The position numbers and the translations under genes are program-made. The notes below the pieces were generated by a model. It had not been told where the DNA came from. It saw nothing but the letters and a program-made list of their open reading frames with translations, and searched no databases. 34,583 bases of DNA, taken from the NCBI GenBank assembly GCA_013815785.1, contig JACDFO010000003.1, forward strand, positions 1-34,583, in the 5' to 3' direction. The stretch comes from Candidatus Saccharimonadota bacterium. GTDB taxonomy: Bacteria > Patescibacteriota > Saccharimonadia > Saccharimonadales > JACDFO01. Position 1 is the first letter of the stretch, and each line of letters begins with the position of its first letter. Below are positions 27,879-34,583 of this stretch, one piece after another.

Positions 27879-28916
27879 TTACACACCACCTAGCAGATAC
27901 AGAATCAGGCCTAGTACACCTGCAACCTGTCCGAGAATCCAGAAACGCATTGTTACTTTGGTTTCTGGCCACCCGCTAGCTTCAAAATGATGATGAATCG
28001 GTGAAGACTTAAAGACTTTCTTACCACCGCGTAACCACTTTGAGGTACGGTTAATAATAACTGACCCTGTTTCCGCGACATACACGGCACCGATGACGGG
28101 CAAAACATAAATCGTATCTGTCTGAAGTGCGATTATACCTAGCGCGGTACCGAGAGCGAACGCTCCGGTATCCCCCATGAAAAATCTCGCCGGGTAAATA
28201 TTAAACCAGGTGTAGCTTAATAGCGCCCCGACAATGCTCAGACAAAAACCAGCCAAAAAATATTTTTCCTGGAAGACCGCGATTAGCGTATAGGTAGCGA
28301 AGGAAGAAACCAGCAAGCCTCCGGCAAGTCCATCCAGTCCATCGGTTATATTGACCGCATTGGCTGTGGCAATAACGACCAGCCAAAACAGCAAAATGAC
28401 AAGTGCACCGATTTGTACCTCAGCAAAACCTAGATTAATACTACTAACGTCGAGTTTAGAGTAAAACCACCAGCCACCGGCAAGTGCCACCAGACTATGA
28501 AGCCCGAATTTTATCTTGGCTCGCATGCCCGCAATACCGGAAATGCTGCCGCGGATATTTATCCAATCATCAAGTAATCCAATGATTCCGGAACCCACCA
28601 TCCCAGCCAAGGGCAACCAGGTCTGTCCCCTATCAAGGTTGGCGAATAGTGTTACAAAAGAAACTGAAAATATGAATATAACACCTGCCATTGTCGGAAT
28701 ATTACGCCGATGCTTTTCGGCATGTAGCTGTTGATAGACTGTCGCATCGCCACCTCCAGACGCTGAGGATCGCTGACGTTTCCACCACTGGTGCTTGTAC
28801 GCAAAAAATGTGTAAAGCGGTGTTACGGCCATACTTAGCATCAACGTCAAGAATGCCAGCAATAATATGCGGATGACGGTATCTGTTTGCAAGCTGATGT
28901 TTAGTATTTCTGACAT
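27879..28916 (-). CDS. mraY: Phospho-N-acetylmuramoyl-pentapeptide transferase
   Basis: PTMAG, GLLDD, NAVNITDGLDGLAGG, PARFFMGDTG, PIHHHFE. Confidence 0.96.
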   Translation of the reverse strand: MSEILNISLQTDTVIRILLLAFLTLMLSMAVTPLYTFFAYKHQWWKRQRSSASGGGDATVYQQLHAEKHRRNIPTMAGVIFIFSVSFVTLFANLDRGQTWLPLAGMVGSGIIGLLDDWINIRGSISGIAGMRAKIKFGLHSLVALAGGWWFYSKLDVSSINLGFAEVQIGALVILLFWLVVIATANAVNITDGLDGLAGGLLVSSFATYTLIAVFQEKYFLAGFCLSIVGALLSYTWFNIYPARFFMGDTGAFALGTALGIIALQTDTIYVLPVIGAVYVAETGSVIINRTSKWLRGGKKVFKSSPIHHHFEASGWPETKVTMRFWILGQVAGVLGLILYLLGGV

Positions 28917-28937
28917 GAAATTATCCTTAATTATACG

Positions 28938-30716
28938 CTAATTTGTCTTCGGTGTAACATTGCCGTTATTGATTAAATTTTCTACTACGCTGCTAAATAT
29001 TGGCCCGGCTGCGCGTGAACCCGCATAACCAGCGATTTTTGGCTCATTGACCCTCACGACTATCACATATTGCGGCGTGTCCCCACCGATGTAACCTAGG
29101 AAGGTTCCGTTAAAACGGTCGTCATAATAGCCACCCTCAGGCTTTGGTACCTGAGCCGTTCCCGTTTTCGTGCCAATTGAATATTCTGGGTGACTGTTGC
29201 GCATACCATAAATCATATAATTTTTACTGAACGCAAACTCAAGTAATGAACGCAGGTCATCACTAACTCTAGCGCCTACGACATCCTGACGTACAATTTC
29301 TGGCTCAACGACTTTCTCAACGCCGTCATGACGAATAATCTTTTCAACTAATCGCGGACGAAAATATGTACCGCCATTGATGGCACTGGCGAGCGCTGCC
29401 GCCATCTGCAGCGGTGTAGCCGTCATTCCCTGCCCAAAAGCTGCGTTAGCATACTGAATATCAAGTCCAAAACCCTCGTTAGGATCTGGAATCGAACCAC
29501 CAGCTTCGTAACCTTGCTCTATTCCTGTCGGTTTTCCAAAACCATAATGGTCGGTCATATAATCATACCAACGTTCCCGAGCCTGCTTATTTATCTCACC
29601 ACCTCCCATTTGCATGAGCAGCCATGTCGCACCTGTATTAAGCGACAGCTGCAAAATGTCGGCCACACTTCTGGTAGCTGCGCCACCGGCTTCTTCAATA
29701 TTTGTCACTCTTGCATCACCTATTTGAAAAAAACCTGGATCGTAATATGTGGTTTCTTTATTTATAACCCCGAGGTCAAGAGCGGCTGCTGTTGTTAGAG
29801 GTTTCATGATAGAACCGACTTCAAGTGGCGCGCTTACCGCGGCATTATTAAATACACTGGCATCTTCGGTTTTAAAAAATTCTGCTGGGTTATAGGTTGG
29901 ATAATTCGCAACAGCTTTAACTGCACCAGTTTTAACTTCTATGATTAGCGCACTGCCAGTTTTGGATTGAGCACGCTCTAAACCTGACTTTAATGCATCC
30001 TCAAGCTGCTGTTGCATGCCTAAATCAACAGTCAAGATTACACGGTCACCCTGTTGCGGTTCGATAACAATATTTTCTTTATTACTGGCCAATGGCACCC
30101 CTTGTGCATCGGTGATTGCTTTGAGCTGCCCTGGTGCGCCCTTTAACTGGGCATCGAGCGCCTCTTCAAGTCCATATTTGCCACTACCCTCATCATTCAC
30201 AAAGCCCAGTAATTGCGCCGCTAGTTGGCCTTGAGGATATGTTCGGTAACTTGCTTCTCTTGTTCCGATTCCTTTGAGCTCGAGTTTATCGAGCGCTTCT
30301 GCTTTATCCTTATCTAGCTTTTTAGCGAGCACTACATAACGTGTATTGTCAGTTTTCAACTGCGCTTCATAGGAATTAGCGTCGCCACCAATAATACGAG
30401 CAACAGCGTCGGCAGCTGCCTTAGGATCTTTGACATAAATCGGGTCTGCGAACAGCGTATATTTGCTTTCGTTCAGTACAATCGGCACTGTTTTGCCATT
30501 ACTAGTAGCTTCTATAATCCCCCGGCTGGCTGGCACTTCATACTCTTTTAACTGTTTAGTGAGTGCGGCTGTTTGATAATAATCGTGTCGTATAACTTGA
30601 AGATAAAATAACCGAACAACAAACACGCCCGCCACCACGAGCAAACACACATACCAAAGACGGATGCGTGATAACGCTGTAAAATGATGACTAATCGCCA
30701 CCGGCTGATTTCGCAT
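28938..30716 (-). CDS. ftsI: Class B penicillin-binding protein (FtsI/PBP2b)
   Basis: N-terminal TM, RG.I, R.YP.G, GLE; SxxK (SIMK), SxN (SLN), KTGT. Confidence 0.92.
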   Translation of the reverse strand: MRNQPVAISHHFTALSRIRLWYVCLLVVAGVFVVRLFYLQVIRHDYYQTAALTKQLKEYEVPASRGIIEATSNGKTVPIVLNESKYTLFADPIYVKDPKAAADAVARIIGGDANSYEAQLKTDNTRYVVLAKKLDKDKAEALDKLELKGIGTREASYRTYPQGQLAAQLLGFVNDEGSGKYGLEEALDAQLKGAPGQLKAITDAQGVPLASNKENIVIEPQQGDRVILTVDLGMQQQLEDALKSGLERAQSKTGSALIIEVKTGAVKAVANYPTYNPAEFFKTEDASVFNNAAVSAPLEVGSIMKPLTTAAALDLGVINKETTYYDPGFFQIGDARVTNIEEAGGAATRSVADILQLSLNTGATWLLMQMGGGEINKQARERWYDYMTDHYGFGKPTGIEQGYEAGGSIPDPNEGFGLDIQYANAAFGQGMTATPLQMAAALASAINGGTYFRPRLVEKIIRHDGVEKVVEPEIVRQDVVGARVSDDLRSLLEFAFSKNYMIYGMRNSHPEYSIGTKTGTAQVPKPEGGYYDDRFNGTFLGYIGGDTPQYVIVVRVNEPKIAGYAGSRAAGPIFSSVVENLINNGNVTPKTN

Positions 30717-30724
30717 AGGCTTTC

Positions 30725-31072
30725 CTAATTTTGAATGGTTGCTGATGGTGTGGCGTTGGCGAGCTTGTTTGCGACTTCGCTGCTTCGTGCACGTTCTAAC
30801 GACTGCAAACGCGCTGAGTCAACAACTAGTTGATCGTGCTCTGTTTGCAAACTGGATTGCTTTTCTTTTAAGTCATTAATGCGGTAACTAAACGCGTTTG
30901 TTTTTGTCACTTGCGTAAGATACAGCAAGCCAAGTAAGCATGCCAGGATAATCAACATAATCGTATTGCTGACAGGGCCGATTGCCTGCTCTTTCGTTTT
31001 AAACGTCGTCGTATTTTGATTTCGCGACGAAAACCGTTGCCGGCTCATTGCTAATGAACTTGAATATGTCAT
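30725..31072 (-). CDS. ftsL: Cell division protein FtsL-like
   Basis: Short cytoplasmic part, TM and coiled coil with ARLQSLER; between rsmH and the PBP gene. ATG 31072 preferred over GTG 31147. Confidence 0.75.
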   Translation of the reverse strand: MTYSSSLAMSRQRFSSRNQNTTTFKTKEQAIGPVSNTIMLIILACLLGLLYLTQVTKTNAFSYRINDLKEKQSSLQTEHDQLVVDSARLQSLERARSSEVANKLANATPSATIQN

Positions 31073-31247
31073 AGATTTTGTTTTTGTTTTTGTTGAACCT
31101 GGTCCTATACGCCTGGACCTTTTTGTAGCGCCTTTCTGGTCCCGCACCCATTTTTAAGTAGATGCGGGAATGTTTCTCACAAGATATCTATCCTACTCGG
31201 ACTTTTACCTTATAAGCACGGGAAAGGTTTTTTACCTGTATTGGCAT

Positions 31248-32195
31248 TCAAACTTCCCCTTTCTTTTGTGTGTTTATTTTTGCTGCGGCACGTAACTTTG
31301 CAGAACGCGCTCGCGGATTGAAAACTATTTCCTTGGCACTTCCTGTAACAATTTGCTTCGAGAGCAACATGAGAGAAGCGTCGTAGCGATTACCAGCCAT
31401 CTCATTAAGCGTTCGCTTAACGATCCGGTCTTCCAAACTATGGAAACTGATAACCACTATACGCCCTCCCGGGGCCAACAAATCTATCCAGACCGGCAAT
31501 GCTTTCTCTAGAAGATCTAGTTCGTCATTAACCGCCATCCGGAGCGCTTGGAACGTTCGGGTGGCTGGATGTGCTCTGCTTTTCGGCCCCGGCCAAGCGC
31601 GGGCAACGATAGCAGCTAGCTCGTGTGTCGAGCGAACCGGCCGACTTTCCACTATGAATCGAGTTATTTTATTCGCTCGAGGCTCTTCACCATACTTCCG
31701 AATGATACCCCTTAAACTTTCTTCCGAATAGTTATTCACTATGTCGTAAGCTGTAAGTTTTTGACGTTCATCCATCCGCATATCAAGTGGCCCGTCTAAT
31801 CGGATACTAAACCCACGGCTTGCGTTATCAAGGTGCGGTGACGACACACCCAAATCCGCCAAAATCATATCGAACTGCTTTCCTGCTTGGTTCAGTTCTT
31901 GAGCGGCTGCTAAATAATCTTTGTGGATTATATTCACAGCTTGGCCTTTAAACTGTTCTTTGAGGAAAGCGACTGCGTTTTGATCGCGATCTACAAGAGA
32001 TGCTTTTTTAGGACTAAAGGTGCGTTCCAGGACTTCTGAAGCATGTCCGCCGTATCCGGCCGTCAGGTCGAGGAACGACTCCCCTTCCTGCGGATTTAAA
32101 TACTGCAGTACTTCTTCTAATAAGACTGGAAAATGTTGGTCTTTCCTCATTGCTGAAGAAATTATAGTTGATTTTGGTTTTTTTGGTGTTTTCAT
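31248..32195 (-). CDS. rsmH: 16S rRNA m4C1402 methyltransferase RsmH (MraW)
   Basis: H.PVLLEE, D.T.GYGGHA, DLGVSS.HLD...RGFS, PLDMRMD, ISFHSLEDRIVK, NPRARSAKLR. The start may be 32150. Confidence 0.96.
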   Translation of the reverse strand: MKTPKKPKSTIISSAMRKDQHFPVLLEEVLQYLNPQEGESFLDLTAGYGGHASEVLERTFSPKKASLVDRDQNAVAFLKEQFKGQAVNIIHKDYLAAAQELNQAGKQFDMILADLGVSSPHLDNASRGFSIRLDGPLDMRMDERQKLTAYDIVNNYSEESLRGIIRKYGEEPRANKITRFIVESRPVRSTHELAAIVARAWPGPKSRAHPATRTFQALRMAVNDELDLLEKALPVWIDLLAPGGRIVVISFHSLEDRIVKRTLNEMAGNRYDASLMLLSKQIVTGSAKEIVFNPRARSAKLRAAAKINTQKKGEV

Positions 32196-32209
32196 GTTTG
32201 TTTTTTACA

Positions 32210-32540
32210 AGGTCACCTACCCGGCAATCAGCTTTTTGTGTTTTGGTTGTTTTTGTTTTTGTTTGCCTACTAAATTTGGTAGGCGGCGTTCTTATCCGGT
32301 ATGCGAGAGAAGTCTTGGGAGTTTGAAGTCCAAAGGATTTCCTTCACTGGTTAAGAACAAAGTTTTGAGAGACTTATGTGTGAGGTGGAGTTTTGGGAGG
32401 TGTTTTTAGTGTAATGTGCAAAGGTTTTTTATATGGTTACCTTCTCAAGTCCATATGCTGATTGCCAGATAGCTAACCTCTATGAGACACCCTTTCAGGG
32501 TTTCTCATCGTGCCGGGTTTGAGCAAAGCTCAAATCTCGG
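32210..32540 (-). ncRNA. Candidate structured cis-RNA between mraZ and rsmH
   Basis: 23-bp long-range helix (32210-32232 with 32457-32479) with three G-U pairs only on the mRNA strand; additional hairpins. Confidence 0.5.
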
Positions 32541-32636
32541 ATTGCTCTTCCCGGAGCTGCACTAAGACAAGCTTCAGAAAAAACTGGTGATTGCTTTCTG
32601 GTTTTCGATTTGAATTGTTAAGGAGCTGCGTATGAT

Positions 32637-32999
32637 CTATTCTTTGGCCATTACTCGCCAGTAATGCCCAACTCCAACAGCGATAACGTATTTGTCGATT
32701 CCCGCATAGTCCAGCAAATGCTGTTCTATAGTGATTCGGCCTTGCTTGTCATCCAGAGCACCGTCAACCTTGCCCATCCGGAACTGTACGTTCAGGTCGG
32801 CTATGCGTTCATCTAGGATGTCTCCGGCAAGGCGGGGTTCTACCTGCTCGTCCCAAACATGTTTGGGATACAAATGCAGATATTTACCAAAGCCACGTGT
32901 GACTACAGCTCCTGTTTTGAATTTGTCTCGAAGTTCGGTCGGTATGGTTAACCGCCGCTTCTCATCGAGCTTGCGTTCAAAATAGTCTACTGTTCCCAC
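32637..32999 (-). CDS. mraZ: Transcriptional regulator MraZ
   Basis: LDEKRRLTIP..LR and LDDKQGRITI...L..YAGI SpoVT-AbrB repeats; first gene of the dcw operon. Confidence 0.92.
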   Translation of the reverse strand: MGTVDYFERKLDEKRRLTIPTELRDKFKTGAVVTRGFGKYLHLYPKHVWDEQVEPRLAGDILDERIADLNVQFRMGKVDGALDDKQGRITIEQHLLDYAGIDKYVIAVGVGHYWRVMAKE

Positions 33000-33065
33000 T
33001 ATTGCCCTCGGAAGTTAAATTACAGTGGTTTTTATTTTTGTTCGGTTAGGTATCTTTTTTGGTTA

Positions 33066-33162
33066 CCTACGATTACCCACTTCCATCAGTCTACTACCCA
33101 CTTCATCCCACATGCAAGTACTTTATACATATAATCCCCCTCTTTTCCCACACTTATCCACA
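33066..33162 (-). promoter_or_regulatory. dcw promoter with MraZ boxes and a DnaA box
   Basis: TTGCAT-18-TAGACT (33117-33088); GTGGG/GTAGG direct repeats at ~10-bp spacing (33107, 33097, 33076, 33066; also 33147); TTATCCACA at 33154-33162. Confidence 0.7.
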
Positions 33163-33176
33163 GATTTACGCAATTT

Positions 33177-33204
33177 AAAAAACACACCACAACATGTGGT
33201 GTGT
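33177..33204 (-). terminator. Intrinsic terminator for 33229..33669
   Basis: Perfect 9-bp stem acacaccac/gtggtgtgt followed by a T run on the minus strand. Confidence 0.7.
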
Positions 33205-33228
33205 CAGACAAGTTTCTATGCGCTAGAT

Positions 33229-33669
33229 TTATAGGTTTGGAGTTTGTTCAGGTGTGACAACGATTTTCAGATCGCTTGGATTTTCTGGCAGCCCTACTTC
33301 ACTACTCTGTTGGCTTTCTGGTCCATTAAAATAAGTATCGATACGGTTAACTGCTGCAGCTGCAGTCTCTTGAGCGATTTCACCAGCGGCTTGAATTACT
33401 TCTTGACCTTGAGGCGTAAGCACTGTTGCAGTTGCAGCAAGACCAAGTAATACTCGACGTCCTACACTAGTTACGTTACGTGGATGAGAACGCGTCCAAT
33501 CAGCCCTGTCAGCTGCTCGCTCACTAATAGAATCAGCGTAGCTCTGGTCTAATGCGGTAGTAAACTTATCGAAATCCGCCTGCGATGCAGCTGGAGTTGA
33601 GGGAAATGTATAACCTTGAGATTCAAGTTGAGACTGAATGCTTAGCGATTGATTGTTTGTTTCGTTCAT
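33229..33669 (-). CDS. Hypothetical protein (146 aa) with an internal hydrophobic segment
   Basis: ORF with its own promoter and terminator; RRVLLGLAATATVL segment. Confidence 0.75.
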   Translation of the reverse strand: MNETNNQSLSIQSQLESQGYTFPSTPAASQADFDKFTTALDQSYADSISERAADRADWTRSHPRNVTSVGRRVLLGLAATATVLTPQGQEVIQAAGEIAQETAAAAVNRIDTYFNGPESQQSSEVGLPENPSDLKIVVTPEQTPNL

Positions 33670-33682
33670 AGTGTTTACATAA

Positions 33683-33708
33683 TAGCATACTGTTTGTGCT
33701 TTGTCAAT
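33683..33708 (-). promoter_or_regulatory. Promoter copy B (26-bp exact repeat)
   Basis: TTGACA-aagcacaaacagtatgc-TATTAT; ATG 9 nt downstream; the 26 bp are identical to 33914-33939. Confidence 0.75.
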
Positions 33709-33728
33709 GTTATAGCCTGAAATAAATA

Positions 33729-33755
33729 ATCCACCACTCTTTTGAAGCGGTGGAT
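33729..33755 (-). terminator. Intrinsic terminator for the 41-aa ORF
   Basis: atccaccgct/agtggtggat 10-bp stem (one G-U on the minus strand) followed by tatttattt. Confidence 0.55.
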
Positions 33756-33776
33756 CGGAAAATTAACGAAGGGTGT

Positions 33777-33902
33777 TTAGATAACCCAGCCGTTTGCGGT
33801 TTCGGTCTGGACTGGCTTATTCCAAAGAGTAAGCTTGGCAACCAGACGTCGGTGCAACGGTTGTGATTTTTTGCTTGGGTGTTTGTATTTGTCAGGAAAC
33901 AT
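33777..33902 (-). CDS. Small leaderless ORF (41 aa), not in the ORF track
   Basis: MFPDKYKHPSKKSQPLHRRLVAKLTLWNKPVQTETANGWVI; ATG 7 nt after the -10 of promoter copy A; followed by a terminator. Confidence 0.55.
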   Translation of the reverse strand: MFPDKYKHPSKKSQPLHRRLVAKLTLWNKPVQTETANGWVI

Positions 33903-33913
33903 AAACACAATTC

Positions 33914-33939
33914 TAGCATACTGTTTGTGCTTTGTCAAT
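33914..33939 (-). promoter_or_regulatory. Promoter copy A (26-bp exact repeat)
   Basis: TTGACA-aagcacaaacagtatgc-TAGAAT. Confidence 0.75.
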
Positions 33940-33951
33940 ATTCTGTTTATG

Positions 33952-34583
33952 CTATTGGTCTGCTCTGATGTGTTTTACTGTTTCGCCGAACCATTCCGCA
34001 CTGGCGCGAACCTTGCGTTTCATACCGTGTTCTCTATCGACATGTATCAGACCGAATTTTGGCCACCAGCCATATTTCCATTCAAAATTATCTAGCAGAC
34101 TCCAGTGGAAATAGCCTCGCAGATCCACTCCCTCGCTGATGGCTCTCTCCATGGCTATCAGTGTTTCTTCTATCCACCATTGCCGATGCTGATCGCTGTA
34201 ATCTGCTACACCGTTTTCCGTTACAAATATGGGTTTTTTGAATCGCGTCCAGGTGCGAAGTAAAAGCGGATACAAACCTTCAGGTTCCATATACCAACCC
34301 ATATCATTCAGGGGCACAGTCGGATCAGCCTTTTTCATAAGGCCGATGTAATAATCTGTAAAGTAATAATTGATTCCTACGAAATCCTGTTGATTCTTAA
34401 TACGGAGTAAAAACCACCAATTCCAAAAATATCTCATCCACTTGGTAGATGTTTGATCCAAAGCATTATGTGGCCGCTTTGCCTGAATATTGGCCAGCTG
34501 TTGCGCAACTCCAACTTGTAGGCTTGGATGCGATGCTTTTAAAATCTTATAGGCACGTTTGTGTGCTCTGGTCAGGTTCCAAT
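33952..34583 (-). CDS. Glycoside hydrolase family 1 (beta-glucosidase-like), 5' truncated by the window
   Basis: DFVGINYY, GW...PEGL, PIFVTENG (nucleophile Glu), GYFHWSLLDNFEW..G...FGL; the frame stays open to the window end. Confidence 0.93.
   Translation of the reverse strand, partial: WNLTRAHKRAYKILKASHPSLQVGVAQQLANIQAKRPHNALDQTSTKWMRYFWNWWFLLRIKNQQDFVGINYYFTDYYIGLMKKADPTVPLNDMGWYMEPEGLYPLLLRTWTRFKKPIFVTENGVADYSDQHRQWWIEETLIAMERAISEGVDLRGYFHWSLLDNFEWKYGWWPKFGLIHVDREHGMKRKVRASAEWFGETVKHIRADQ

Noticed and set aside
33683-33700. AGCA-N9-TGCT dyad as a CIRCE/HrcA operator
   Set aside because: CIRCE is TTAGCACTC-N9-GAGTGCTAA; arm length and spacing do not match.
33683-33939. 26-bp direct repeats as a mini-CRISPR or att sites
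   Set aside because: Only two copies, separated by 205 bp containing an ORF and a terminator; the repeat coincides with a -35/spacer/-10 promoter.

Overview
Chromosomal segment of a bacterium. Gene content and style suggest Patescibacteria/CPR, probably Saccharibacteria (inference from the reduced dcw cluster, solo VirD4-like ATPase, sigma4/HARE-HTH protein after topA and many leaderless starts). Housekeeping genes: gltX, a pseudouridine synthase, der, pth, dprA, topA, tRNA-Glu(CTC) and a reduced dcw operon (mraZ-rsmH-ftsL-ftsI-mraY-ftsW-murG-ftsQ). Other genes: two PAS histidine kinase/receiver pairs with no DNA-binding output, a small ORF-umuD-like-umuC mutagenesis cassette whose UmuD lacks the Ser-Lys dyad, a DUF3048 protein, a partial GH1 glycosidase and several ORFans. 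The most unusual signals are non-coding. (1) A 217-bp fold-back element lies right after an ATG, and its removal would join that ATG in frame to the first kinase; a related inverted copy lies 2.4 kb away. (2) A ~410-nt promoter-to-terminator structured RNA candidate is divergent from dprA. (3) A large structured spacer with a 23-bp long-range helix lies between mraZ and rsmH. (4) A symmetric dif-like site sits where gene orientation converges. (5) An exactly duplicated 26-bp promoter precedes two leaderless ORFs, one an unannotated 41-aa ORF. All calls are by eye; no database search or folding program was run.
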